DNA of 63,349 bases, counting the filler, from Octopus bimaculoides (Eukaryota), in assembly GCF_001194135.2 (NCBI RefSeq). It is 4 parts of 4 records of this genome, joined end to end, with 100 filler letters (N's around TTAATTAATTAA, not from the genome) between each part and the next. Parts side by side here need not be neighbours in the genome. Positions count along the whole stretch, not along the records: positions 1 to 16,073 come from NC_068989.1; 3 more parts are not named here. One strand, written 5' to 3'. The notes beneath the pieces were generated by a model. It made no database searches. It was not told the origin of the DNA and worked only from the letters and a program-made list of their open reading frames with translations. A program made the position numbers and the translations under genes. Below, piece after piece: positions 1 through 13,551 of this stretch (positions are counted from its first letter, which is position 1; each line of letters begins with the position of its first letter).

Positions 1-31
1 ATATATATATATATATATATATATAATACAA

Positions 32-417
32 GCGCAGGCGTGGTTGTGTGGTAGGAAGCTTGCTTCCCAACCACATGGTTCCGAGTTCAGTTCCACTGCG
101 TGACGCCTTGGGCAAGTGTCTTCTACTCTAGCCTCGGACTGACCAAAGCTTTGTGAGTGGATTTGGTAGACGGAAACTGAAAGAACCCTGTCGTATATAT
201 ATTTGTGTGTGTATGTGTGTGTGCGTGTGTGTGTGTTTGTCACCCTGCCATCGCTTGACAACCGATGCTGATGTGTTATGTCCCATAACAAGAGACGGAT
301 CAAATAAGTATTAGGCTTACAAAGTATAACTCCCTAGGTCGATTTCTTCGACCAAAATGCTTTAAGGCGGGTGCTCCAACATGGCCGCAGTCAAATGACT
401 GAAACAAGTAAAAGAAT
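32..417 (+). mobile_element. tRNA-derived SINE, family A (working label), near full length
   Basis: tRNA-like head (A/B box-like, GAGTTCAGTTCC), conserved body, internal (TG)n and tail GACTGAAACAAGTAAAAG. Many related copies in the window. Confidence 0.9.
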
Positions 418-517
418 ATAATACTAGATGTTTTCCTCTTTTTATTATTTATGGTGGTGAATAATATTTATGTTTAGTTATTTACTAAGTCTTAACTTGT
501 CGCTACGTTGCTGGTAA

Positions 518-900
<383 letters not shown>

Positions 901-1705
901 AACCTGTCATTATAGTGAAAGTCTTTCTTAGAGTGTGCTATTGCATTGTCTCTGTGTTGAAAGGCATACAGAAACACACAGTCAAACACACATACACACG
1001 CAGAAATACACATGCAAACACAAACATACACATACACAAACACACATACACACACAAACAACTAAAATAATGACTACATTGTTATATAATGAAAGTATTT
1101 TTAAGCTGTGTTGTGTTGTGTTGACAGACTTGCACTGAAAATGCGCGCGTTTTTAATCAAAACTCACTATGGTGATGACACTACCTATCGATGTAAATAC
1201 CTATCTTTCTATCTACATTTCTCTCCGTCTATGCATATTTCTATCTACCTAAGTATCTATTTACATATCTAACCATTTATCTATCTTTCTATCTACCTAA
1301 GTATCTATCTACATACCTACATATCTGTTTATTTTTCACACAGCTCTCTCTCACTCTCTCTCTCCTACACGTAAGCACACACACACACATACATACTGTA
1401 TTCCTTCTCAACAACGTTTCCTCCTCCCCTTCATCTGAAAATACGTTATGGCGTATATTTTGATCCGTCCCCTTCTTTCCCTCCGTCTAACAGACTCTGT
1501 GACGGACAGACAGGCGGAAATCCACTTACCTTTTATAATACACGATTGTTTTTAGCGAACAAACGAGTATTGTGTGAATGTGACTGTGTGCGTTTGTACG
1601 TGCGTGTGTTTGTGTGTGTGAATGCGTATGTGAGTGTGTGCGTGTGTTTTTGTATGTGTGTGAGTGCGTGCGTATGTATGGGGGGGTTGAAGTTGTCTTT
1701 TTTTA

Positions 1706-1890
1706 TCCTTTACTTGTTTCAGTAATTGATCTGCTCCTTGCTGAGTCACCGCTTTGAAGAGTTTTGTCAAGCAAATCGTTCCCCGTACTTACTTTCTTAA
1801 CGTCTGGTTCTTATTCTATCCGGCCCTTCTGCCGAACCGCCAAGTTACAAGGATGTAAACAAACCATCACCGGTTTAAAACGGTGAGCGG
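1706..1890 (-). mobile_element. SINE family A, 3' half, degraded
   Basis: Reverse complement resembles the tail of the 32-417 copy. Confidence 0.7.
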
Positions 1891-3007
1891 CAGGCAGATA
1901 CAATGACAAAGACACCATACACTAGCACACATGAACACACACACGCATACACAAACACACAGACACACATATATAATCCAATATCTTCCAGCGTCATTTG
2001 CAAATCTCTTCCACGAGTATCGGCTACCATATGCTATCACACAGCAGGAATTCTCCTTTTACTAAAAAACCATGAGGAAACCCTTTAATATCCGAATATT
2101 TCATGCAAAAGTATTATAAATCAAGATGAGGCAAAAAGGCTATAACCCAAATCGCTACATTTGTTTCTGTGTATTACATATGTTTTGGAGAGACTTATAT
2201 AAAGCTTTAACTTTCATTAAAGTAGTATCTATGGAAGACTGGTGGGATTATTATTTGTATGGACTGGAAGATTGGTCGCAATTTAACATATAATTTAGTT
2301 ATTGCAGTTTACTATTAATACTGATACAATGTACATTGGCTGATAGGTATCTTTGTTGTAGTTTTATTAAAGTTAGTGTTTAATCCTGCCTATATATTGA
2401 TTGATTGATTGGAATAATGTGGTTATTAAGCTTTTACTTTTATATTATACTATGGAAGATGGTAGGGATTATAATTTTTGTATGATTTAATAGATTTGTC
2501 GCAATTTAGTTACATATTTAGGAGATCGTTGTAATTTACTTCTTGAATTTATCGATTCAGTTGTACCTGGGGTAAACGTGTTTCAAAGTTGTGGTTTATT
2601 TGGTTTGTTTGTCCCAAACGACAATTATTTTAGTGCTGTTTTCACTAAAATTAATTGTACTGCCCAGGTGTCGAAACCATAATGATTTCCGTGGGACAGC
2701 TGATGATGGAAGTATGTCGGATTGTTGGTATGGCTGTGGAATAGTATTATAATGCATCCTTNNNNNNNNNNNNNNNNNNNNNNNNNNNNNNNNNNNNNNN
2801 NNNNNNNNNNNNNNNNNNNNNNNNNNNNNNNNNNNNNNNNNNNNNNNNNNNNNNNNNNNNNNNNNNNNNNNNNNNNNNNNNNNNNNNNNNNNNNNNNNNN
2901 NNNNNNNNNNNNNNNNNNNNNNNNNNNNNNNNNNNNNNNNNNNNNNNNNNATATATATATATATATATATATACACATACATACATACATACACACAGAA
3001 ATATATA

Positions 3008-3105
3008 GCGGGCTTTCTCCAGTTTCGCTCACTAAATTTTTACCGGCCCCGGCTATAGTAGAATACCCTTGCTCAAGATGCCACGCAGCGGGACTAAACC
3101 CGAAA
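3008..3105 (-). mobile_element. SINE family A, 5' fragment
   Basis: ggctatagtagaatacccttgctcaagatgccacgcagcgggactaaaccc matches the reverse-complemented family A head and body. Confidence 0.7.
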
Positions 3106-3573
3106 GAGCATATTTATTACATATGTGTTTATAAGGGAACATATTTATGTGACTTCGCCTCTCTATAAATACTATTGTATATTTTTAACGTATGACTGAA
3201 CAGAGCTTGGATGATAAAGTGAGGAAGTAATTGTTATGCTTTAGTACATATTTACAACCAGTCTTGAATTTAATTCAAAGATGTCGGTGCTGAATTGATC
3301 GAAACTATTGTCATACAAACCTCCATTGTGAGATATGTCGTTTTTCAGATTTAAAATCGATCCAGTGCAGACAAATAGGTAAAAATGTATATTAACTACA
3401 TTAAAAAATATATATAGCATGTGCGTGTGTTGTTTATTTAAGTTATGTCGTTATGTTGTTTCTATTAAGAGAAACAAAACGAACACACTAAACTATATAT
3501 AATAACAATAACAACGACGACGGCTACAATAACAACAACAACAGCAACAATAATAATAATGATAATAATAATA

Positions 3574-3606
<33 letters not shown>

Positions 3607-4062
3607 ATGATAATAATAATCCGATATCATACAATCAACAAATGTTTTAAGAACATCATATCCGTTATCTACTTCAGATGTCTGGTTTGGCGCCCAGTCG
3701 ATAGCATGAGAATGCAGCAGATATCAGGGGAAAAAAATTCATAATAATAATGCTTTCTCTATTAACTACTAAAGTTTGACAAAAAACATTGGCGACAGTA
3801 CAGAACGATTCAACGTGGCATTATATAAAAGAGCGCGTGAAAATGAGTATAACTGTAAGAAAGAAACAATAAATACCAAACAATGGATAATTCCCCACCA
3901 AAAAAGGAATGACTTCTGGGGGCTACTTGTGGAAATCTGACGAAACCACGGTCAGTCTACTGGAGCAAGTGCCTTCTACTTGTTCTTGTTTAATTTAGAG
4001 GTGCATGCGCAGAGCAGGTCCGTTCAATCAGACAACCTTTCAATATAATTGCTGGAAGACAA

Positions 4063-5619
4063 CATTTTTTGGTAGGACAAGCCACCCTGTCCGTCACCTC
4101 GTTTCAGTTTTTCTCCTCTCGGAAATCTAAACCCTCGCTACCATCATTTTCATTTTCAAGTGAAATATGAAACAGTTCCTGACGGTTTGGCCAATGAAAG
4201 TGTTTATCTTCAGACCTTTCGATCTAGGCCACAAAGCCTCTTCTTTCACCAAAGCTACCAAGCAGATGAAATCTGCTGGTCGCACCTGGTCAGAGGAAGG
4301 CAGCAGAACAATCTCTACAAGTGGCTCAGTCAATAGCCGCATCCACCATACACATGATGGCGCGTGTTTGACATAACCCCACTTGTCAGCAATCCTTGGG
4401 CACTGGACAAGTACACGCAGAACAGTTTCGTCGCTCTACGCCTCTCTCGGACAAGCTCGGTTGACTGTAATTCTGTGAATTGACAATGTTCTCACCCCAT
4501 CCCGTCACTCCCGATAGCACTACCAAACCAGAGATTTCTGGAAATTCTCTATGGGTTCGGCCCAAAAGTACTCCGAAACTAGCCACCCCATTGATTTTTG
4601 CCGGCGCTTAGATTTTCCCGAAGAACGTCGTTGTACTTACCCGCCGCTAACTAACCCTTTGTAGAACGCTAACGTGGAACTGTCCCTAACCGCATTGAGA
4701 GATGGCAGTAAGCACTTTGCGACATTCCAGACACGAAGCACCTAACTTGTCTTAGTCATTGCTTAACCAAGGACTGTAGATCTGTCAAGACGAGCTGTGA
4801 AAAAACCCGTGTGATAAATAATGGTTTCAAATTTTGCCACAAGGGCAGCAATTTTCGGGGCAGGGGATGAATCGATTACATCGACCCAAGTGTTCAAGTG
4901 GTACTTATTTTATCGAACCCGAAAGGATGAAAGGCAAAGTCGACCTCGGCGGAAAATTGAACTCAAAACGTAACGACGGGCGAAATACCGCTAAGCATTT
5001 TGTCCAGCACGCTAACGATTCTGCCAGCTCGCCACCTTCCGTCTGATATATAATGACCACATATGTTCACCGGCAAAAAATTGTTGGAGCATCAGCTCAT
5101 CCGCACGTCATCAACCCTGGCAATCTCAATCCTCCACTGAAAGGGTGTTGAGAAGAAATGGAGCCCCTCAATACTCCACTCAGCGAATGTTAAGAGCAAA
5201 TGAAACTTTTAACTAGTGAAAAGCGTCCCTTTCACCGAAAGCTGAAAAGTAGACGCTCCAGTCCGATCAGCCATGAATGGAGCAAAGCACGACAGACAGG
5301 CAGTAATAAATGACAGGGGCGATATAAGCGCTCACCACCTCTGCCCAATGTTTTAGGTATAGCTTTCTCTTAGCTCATTTTTTTGGTAGGACAAGTACCC
5401 TGTCCGTCACCTCGTTTCAGTTTTTCTCCTCTCGGAAATCTAAACCAAACCCGACTCCGAGCAATTTTATTGGTTCCGTCCAAGATGCTGTTGGACGACA
5501 TAGACCTGACTCTCTAGGTGCCGAGTTGCATGTCTGCTGATTATTCGTGATTGATCTTTGTTTTTCGTCACCACTTCTTAGTTCCTTAGAGTAGTGCCAG
5601 TAACTTACGTGCGCCTGGT
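4063..5619 (-). mobile_element. L1/Tx1-like non-LTR retrotransposon, decayed 3' part of ORF2, interrupted by a SINE
   Basis: Broken minus-strand frames give AEVVSAYIAPVIYYCLSVV, DETVLRVLVQCP (C-terminal Cys/His knuckle region) and DQVRPADFICLVALVKEEALWPRSKGLK. Same family as 50449-50990. Confidence 0.75.
4818..5037 (-). mobile_element. tRNA-derived SINE, family B (working label)
   Basis: Minus-strand head GGTGGCGAGCTGGCAGAATCGTTAGC, B-box-like GAGTTCAATTT and conserved body. Confidence 0.9.
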
Positions 5620-6625
5620 NNNNNNNNNNNNNNNNNNNNNNNNNNNNNNNNNNNNNNNNNNNNNNNNNNNNNNNNNNNNNNNNNNNNNNNNNNNNNNNNN
5701 NNNNNNNNNNNNNNNNNNNNNNNNNNNNNNNNNNNNNNNNNNNNNNNNNNNNNNNNNNNNNNNNNNNNNNNNNNNNNNNNNNNNNNNNNNNNNNNNNNNN
5801 NNNNNNNNNNNNNNNNNNNNNNNNNNNNNNNNNNNNNNNNNNNNNNNNNNNNNNNNNNNNNNNNNNNNNNNNNNNNNNNNNNNNNNNNNNNNNNNNNNNN
5901 NNNNNNNNNNNNNNNNNNNNNNNNNNNNNNNNNNNNNNNNNNNNNNNNNNNNNNNNNNNNNNNNNNNNNNNNNNNNNNNNNNNNNNNNNNNNNNNNNNNN
6001 NNNNNNNNNNNNNNNNNNNNNNNNNNNNNNNNNNNNNNNNNNNNNNNNNNNNNNNNNNNNNNNNNNNNNNNNNNNNNNNNNNNNNNNNNNNNNNNNNNNN
6101 NNNNNNNNNNNNNNNNTATATATATATATTTATTTATTTATTTATTTATTTATTCATCCATATATAAATAAGTATTTACTTATTTACTTAAATTTTTTCT
6201 ATATGTGACTGTGGATTTTCATGGATGAGTTCAGGAATTGTGGTTCTTTTCTCTAAATTATATATTTATATACATTTATATATTATATATTGTGAAACTT
6301 AATTTAATTTTAATTTTGATAAATTAAATTAAATTGGGTTTTTACCTGTAAATTTGGATTTCTATCCCTAATATATATATATATTCTTGCTTCAACCTTC
6401 TCGTGTCTTTCTCGTATTTTGTCATTGGCCAGCATCCTGGTTTTTGAAACAGGACTCACTAAGCCTGATAGATTGCTTGGAGACACAAGGGGCATTATAT
6501 AAATCTGCTGAATTATCATGTCTCTGTGGCATGAAACTATTAGTAGCTCTTATTTAAATACTGTGTACTTTAAATGACATATACACACACATTCACATAT
6601 ATATATATGTGTGTGTTTGTGTTTT

Positions 6626-6682
<57 letters not shown>

Positions 6683-7658
6683 NNNNNNNNNNNNNNNNNN
6701 NNNNNNNNNNNNNNNNNNNNNNNNNNNNNNNNNNNNNNNNNNNNNNNNNNNNNNNNNNNNNNNNNNNNNNNNNNNNNNNNNNNNNNNNNNNNNNNNNNNN
6801 NNNNNNNNNNNNNNNNNNNNNNNNNNNNNNNNNNNNNNNNNNNNNNNNNNNNNNNNNNNNNNNNNNNNNNNNNNNNNNNNNNNNNNNNNNNNNNNNNNNN
6901 NNNNNNNNNNNNNNNNNNNNNNNNNNNNNNNNNNNNNNNNNNNNNNNNNNNNNNNNNNNNNNNNNNNNNNNNNNNNNNNNNNNNNNNNNNNNNNNNNNNN
7001 NNNNNNNNNNNNNNNNNNNNNNNNNNNNNNNNNNNNNNNNNNNNNNNNNNNNNNNNNNNNNNNNNNNNNNNNNNNNNNNNNNNNNNNNNNNNNNNNNNNN
7101 NNNNNNNNNNNNNNNNNNNNNNNNNNNNNNNNNNNNNNNNNNNNNNNNNNNNNNNNNNNNNNNNNNNNNNNNNNNNNNNNNNNNNNNNNNNNNNNNNNNN
7201 NNNNNNNNNNNNNNNNNNNNNNNNNNNNNNNNNNNNNNNNNNNNNNNNNNNNNNNNNNNNNNNNNNNNNNNNNNNNNNNNNNNNNNNNNNNNNNNNNNNN
7301 NNNNNNNNNNNNNNNNNNNNNNNNNNNNNNNNNNNNNNNNNNNNNNNNNNNNNNNNNNNNNNNNNNNNNNNNNNNNNNNNNNNNNNNNNNNNNNNNNNNN
7401 NNNNNNNNNNNNNNNNNNNNNNNNNNNNNNNNNNNNNNNNNNNNNNNNNNNNNNNNNNNNNNNNNNNNNNNNNNNNNNNNNNNNNNNNNNNNNNNNNNNN
7501 NNNNNNNNNNNNNNNNNNNNNNNNNNNNNNNNNNNNNNNNNNNNNNNNNNNNNNNNNNNNNNNNNNNNNNNNNNNNNNNNNNNNNNNNNNNNNNNNNNNN
7601 NNNNNNNNNNNNNNNNNNNNNNNNNNNNNNNNNNNNNNNNNNNNNNNNNNNNNNNNNN

Positions 7659-7753
<95 letters not shown>

Positions 7754-7900
7754 GTTGGTATGTATACACGCATATGCACTCTTTCCCATTACAAGAAATA
7801 GAGTCAATTATGAAGCATTCATAATTGAATTTACGTGTATCTTGCACATATATTTTGTGCTCATATACTCATACCAACGCGCGCGCATACGCATGTGTAG

Positions 7901-7919
<19 letters not shown>

Positions 7920-7934
<15 letters not shown>

Positions 7935-7981
7935 GCATGTATATAAATGATTATGATATATATAAGTAGATATAGGCAGAC

Positions 7982-8033
<52 letters not shown>

Positions 8034-8300
8034 TGTACATTCGTATATATTAACAAATATATGTACAAGTGTATATGCGTTTATGCATATATTCTGTATG
8101 CATGTATGTATGTATGTATGTATGTGTGTATGTATGTATGTATGTATGTATGTATGTATGTATGTATGCATGCGTGTGTTTGTACAGATATATACGCAGG
8201 CGTTTGTATATGCATACATATATACTCATTTATATATATGCATATACATACATATATATATATATATATATAAATATAATTATACATATATACCCATATA
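7920..8300. repeat. Compound microsatellite (TA)n, (GATA)n, (TATG)n
   Basis: Direct reading. Confidence 0.95.
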
Positions 8301-9381
8301 TAAATATATACTCACACCCGCTCGCACAGACACACAAGCAAGACTCTAAGTGTATATAATATGCATAGTTATATACATCATACAATCAAAGAAAGAAATG
8401 ACAACAACAAAAAAATGATCGTTTTAAAAAGAATCCTCACAATCCCCTAAACTTCCACCCCGACACCCCTAACATCAACATCCCCCACCCTCACTCCCAC
8501 ACCTCGCCCCATGAAAAAAAGAAAACAAAAACAAAACGTACAAGAATAAATAATCGTGTCACCCGATTGCCTTTTACATGTGAACATTGAAAACTGATTT
8601 AGTGACAAAAAGGAGTTGTAAAAATAAATGCAGTGTTTGCATGTCACACAGACACTATCTCTTCTGTAATAATAGGTACAAGGCTGACTGTTGCTGCCAG
8701 CTATGAAACTGAACTCCTGAAAATTATGCATTTTACTTCTGCCTCCATGTTTACTGCCAATCGTTAGCCTCTCCGCCGCCATCCCTGCTACCATTTGCGG
8801 TACCGTTATCGCCGCCATTGTTGCCGCCATTATCGCCGCCTATTTCAGCTTACTGTTTTAGTGTAGAGCCGTAATAAATATAAGATGGCTACCATCTGAA
8901 TAGTTTCGTATGGTCTGTTTCCATTTTCATTGGCTATTCTAGCATGATTACTCTTGTAAACCAAGCAAATCTGCTGTAATGCGAGACCGCCAGCTAAACT
9001 AATCGGTTTAACAGTGGTATTAAAGACAATTAATCACCCCCTCTCCCCACCAATACACACGTACAGACACAAAGCCACACGCATTGTGACACACACACAT
9101 ATAGACATACACACGCGTACTCACGCACCCATGCAAATATGCACACATAGAAAGTCATTTATACATTTGTGTGTGTTTGTATGTGAGTGTGGGTGTTTGT
9201 ATTTATGTGTGTGTTTTTGTATTTTCTGTGTGTACGCTTGTGCGTATGTGATAATATGCATACACATGTACAAACATATATATTCATACATTCGTTCCTT
9301 TGCTCAAAAATACATGCAAACACATGCATACAAACACATAAACACCACAGACACACAAACATTCAACCGCATAAACACTCA

Positions 9382-9420
<39 letters not shown>

Positions 9421-9829
9421 TCGCTCACGCAAACACATGATCACACACACGCTCTGAAACACATACACACGCACACACGCATGAAAAGACATATGGACAG
9501 ACAGATATCAATAACAGCTCCCAAAGCAGAAACTTTAACAAGAACAACAAAAACGACAACGACGACGACCGCAGCAACAACAACAACAATAACACCAACA
9601 AAGGCAGTATTAACCATGTCAGTAATAAGTAGAGTTGTGGTGTTATTTAAGACAGATTTAAAACAGATTTAAAACTAAATTATTGTACATGGAAACAGCT
9701 AATTAAAATAGTTTGTAAAAAATAACAGCACATGTAACGAAGTTTCTATGACACGTCGTACGTCACAGAACAATACATATCACAACAATAAGTAATACTA
9801 TAATAATTAGAAGTACTCCGACAATGCTT

Positions 9830-9918
9830 AGCAATGCAACAATACTCAGTAACACAGCAGTACTCAGCAACACAAGAACGCACAGCAACACAACAGCGCT
9901 CAGCAACGCAACTACTCA
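9830..9918. repeat. Degenerate 18-bp tandem repeat (AGCAACACAACAGTACTC-like), about 5 units
   Basis: Visible periodicity. Confidence 0.7.
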
Positions 9919-10335
9919 GCGCAGGTGTAGCTGTGTGGTAAGAAGTCTGCTGCCAAGTGGCGAACTGGCAGAAACGTTAGCACGCAGGGGAAATGCTTAC
10001 CGATATTTCGTCTGCCGTTACATTCTGAGTTCCAATTCCGCCGAGGTCGACTTTGCCTTTCATCCTTTCGGGGTCGGTAAATTAAGTACCAGTTACGCAC
10101 TGGGGGGGGGGGGGCGATGTAATCGACTTAATCCCTTTGTCTGTCCTTGTTTGTCCACTCTATATTTAGCCCCTTGTGGGCAATAAAGAAATAAGAAGTC
10201 TGCTGCTCAAAAACATGGTTCTGGGTTCAGTCCCACTGCGTGGAACCTTGGGATCGGTGTCCTCTACTATAATCTTGGGCCAACCAAAGCCTTGCGGGTG
10301 GATCTGGTAGACGGAAACTGAAAGAATCCCGTGCT
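9919..10335 (+). mobile_element. SINE family A 5' half, split by a nested family B copy
   Basis: The head resumes after the insert, and a 15-bp duplication flanks the insert. Confidence 0.85.
9954..10191 (+). mobile_element. SINE family B nested in SINE A, 15-bp TSD TAAGAAGTCTGCTGC
   Basis: Identical 15-mers at 9939-9953 and 10192-10206. Confidence 0.92.
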
Positions 10336-10879
10336 GTATAACTATATGTGAGTGTGTCACACAATACCACAATATTATACTACAACATAGCACCAGAGCA
10401 TACCACTAAATCATAACACCATAACAGCACAGTAGCACATGAATACATAACGCTATGGCACACAAAAAAACAATAAATGCAACATAAAATTTAAGCTATC
10501 ATTGTATGGTGGAACTTCTACATGTTTGTTCGAGCAACTAGAAGCAGCAGATAACCACCTTTCAAATCATACCCTATCGTCTTAAAAAGTATATATATGT
10601 TGTACAAAGTGGACCGTGAAACACCGAGAGAACTGATTGTCTTTGATCATAAGTCTGTTCGATCAACATTGGCATGCGGCAACATAACTACAAACAACAT
10701 AGCAACAACATACAGTACAAGACAAGATTACGCAGAGACAACCTGCATCCGACAACACCACGCAATATCACCATTCCACATTACACAAGCACAGCATATA
10801 TCTCACAACATCGTGCGAATACGACATGTATTTCATAATAACCAGGAGCAATACATCATCACACGACATAAAATCATTG

Positions 10880-11050
10880 TGCGGGCGTGGTTGTGTGGTA
10901 AGAAGTTTGCTTTCCTACCATATGGTTCCGGGTTCAGTCCCGCTGAGTGACACCTTGAGTGAGTGTCTTCTAGTATAGCTTCGAGCCGACCAAAGCCTTA
11001 CGAGTGGATTTGGTTGACAGAAACTCAGAAACTATGTAATATCTCGTCGT
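10880..11050 (+). mobile_element. SINE family A 5' half
   Basis: Head and body similar to 32-190. Confidence 0.85.
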
Positions 11051-11336
11051 GTGTGTGTATGTATGTATGTATGTATGTATATATAAATAATTTAATTAGA
11101 CAGCAGTTTAGCAATGTATCACCAAAAAGGAAAATTATAATTCTCATTAAATATGACAGAGGGTGTTAGAAACACCAGCAATGCTATAAATAAGAGCTAA
11201 AGGGCTCTGTTGCTACTGTCAATGCACATAATTGTACACAAACTGACAGCGACCGTAAACGGCTGAAATAGGTAGTCGTGATATCCCTATATTTATGTAT
11301 GTATGTATGTATGTATGTATGTATGTATGTATGTAT

Positions 11337-11520
11337 GCACATGAGAAATTAAGGAGGGATGTCAGGAAGGGCATTGTTGTTGCACTTCCAGATGGCAAGG
11401 GTCTTCCTATGACACTGACATGCAGTGTCTGTGCAAGACCGTGCCTCAGTAAAGCTGGGCTTATGAGTCATCTTCGTAGTCATAAAGCAAGACCGATGAT
11501 TGACTACCAGGCCGCTGGTG
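11337..11520 (+). mobile_element. RTE-type LINE 3' fragment with C2H2 finger (CSVCARPCLSKAGLMSHLRSH)
   Basis: A single terminal C2H2 finger is typical of RTE/BovB ORF C-termini. No splice context; flanked by (TATG)n and a gap. Confidence 0.65.
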
Positions 11521-11989
11521 NNNNNNNNNNNNNNNNNNNNNNNNNNNNNNNNNNNNNNNNNNNNNNNNNNNNNNNNNNNNNNNNNNNNNNNNNNNNNNNN
11601 NNNNNNNNNNNNNNNNNNNNNNNNNNNNNNNNNNNNNNNNNNNNNNNNNNNNNNNNNNNNNNNNNNNNNNNNNNNNNNNNNNNNNNNNNNNNNNNNNNNN
11701 NNNNNNNNNNNNNNNNNNNNNNNNNNNNNNNNNNNNNNNNNNNNNNNNNNNNNNNNNNNNNNNNNNNNNNNNNNNNNNNNNNNNNNNNNNNNNNNNNNNN
11801 NNNNNNNNNNNNNNNNNNNNNNNNNNNNNNNNNNNNNNNNNNNNNNNNNNNNNNNNNNNNNNATGTATGTATGTATGTATGTATGTATGTATGTATGTAT
11901 GTATGTGTGTATGTATGCATGTATGTATGTATGTATGTATGTATGTATGTATGTATGTATGTATGTATGTATGCAACGTATGAATGTAT

Positions 11990-12210
11990 GTGTGTCATTG
12001 TGTACGTGTTTGTCCCTCATCACCGCTTCACAATTAGGGTTTTGTTTTCTTTACGCCCCAAGCACCAGGAGGTTCGGCAAAAAGGAATGACAGAATAATT
12101 ACCAGGTTAAGAAAAGTAAGTGCTGGCGTTGATTTGTTCGACAAAGCTTTTCAAAGCGGTGCCCCAGCATAGTCACAATCCAATGACTGAAATAAGTAAG
12201 ATATAAAAGA
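11990..12210 (+). mobile_element. SINE family A 3' half
   Basis: Matches 230-417 including the tail. Confidence 0.8.
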
Positions 12211-13515
12211 TGGCACAACAAAGAAAATAGTATAACACGTGACACATTGTAGAAACACAACACACATCTCCCAACATCACTCGATACCAGAGCAACTTAT
12301 ATCATAACAGGTAACAAACATAACAGGTAACACAATACACATCTCACAAAATCACGCATACACAAGTGTTCTCACATCATACAGAACCACAATATATAAC
12401 AAGCCACAAAACACATCATACGACATAACACACATCTCACCTCAAACAATATCACAACTGTCTTCTATCAACGTTACAGAAACACAAGTTATGTCTTATA
12501 ACACACTACACAATCACAGCTCAGAATACTATAAACACTTAACACCCGTTTCACAAAACCACAGTATCACGATGCCTAGTACGTCTCCCAAAACTACACA
12601 ATATCACAATATCTCAGCAGCACACATCTATAATAAGGCAGAAAACGTTTCTTAACATACCACATGAAACAACGCATATCGACATAGATGTGTTTTTATT
12701 AGCAACGTCCACGGCCAGGATCTCAAAGTTTGCCGACATGACCTCCTTTAACTAAATATAACATCCTAAATGAAACAACACTTAAAGCTACAACAATACA
12801 CACCCAACGAGCTAACAACCATCTAGTTGCTTGATCTGCTAGTAATAGCGCCCAAAGTCAGATTTCGTCGGAGAATGTAGTCAATGATATTTCTAAAAAA
12901 GATGTGAGTGTATGTTTGTATATATACGCGTGGGTGTTATTTTGGAGATGGGGTGTGTGGGATTATAGGAAAGAATATAAATTTGTGTTGACACCATAAG
13001 AATTAAGAAAAAATTAGAATTTTTGAAATAAGCTGAATTTACTGGTTTCGAGTTTCACCGTCCTTAAAAAAGTTATTTCACGTTGTCTCCGCTTCTAAAT
13101 TCACATGTCTTCAACAAAGAATTCTCGCTGGTAAAAAAAACATTTCTAAAATGGATAGAAGAACTCCAATGTTTACTTGGTTCCAATGGTAGAAGGACTG
13201 TCATGTTCATAGATGTGGGTTTGAGTTCTAACGAGAGCTATGGAGATTTTCAATCCCAAGCGTTTTTTTAACCTAATATTTATGTACTATTATTTATAGT
13301 TTTATCTACTTCGAGTTTCACATTTCCCCAAAAAGACTGATAAATATATATACATATGCGCATATATATGTGTGTGTGTGTATTTGTGTGGGTGACTAAC
13401 TGTACATATGTAGTTCAGATTTTAACTAGCAATACATAAGCGTTATATAAGCATACACAACTATACAACATACGCATGCAAACATATATGTTAGATGCGT
13501 ATATATGTATGTATG

Positions 13516-13551
<36 letters not shown>

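Noticed and set aside
6430-6560. Short open frames with possible splice sites on both strands (SWFLKQDSLSLIDCLETQG on plus; RHDNSADLYNAPCVSKQSIRL on minus)
   Set aside because: Mutually exclusive readings with incomplete splice pairs and no recognisable homology.
5594-7946. Long ORFs of 200-445 aa in the track (also 11295-12098, 32888-34186, 35516-36285, 54249-55037, 56985-57742)
   Set aside because: They run through N gaps and dinucleotide repeats (X, YIYI, CVCV, HTHT) and are not coding evidence.
8447-8830. 127-aa minus-strand ORF
   Set aside because: Built from GCC-type low complexity plus an AT-rich tail; no domain and no consistent splice pair.
11295-11520. C2H2 zinc-finger host gene
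   Set aside because: A single finger with no linker array or splice sites; it fits an RTE LINE C-terminus.
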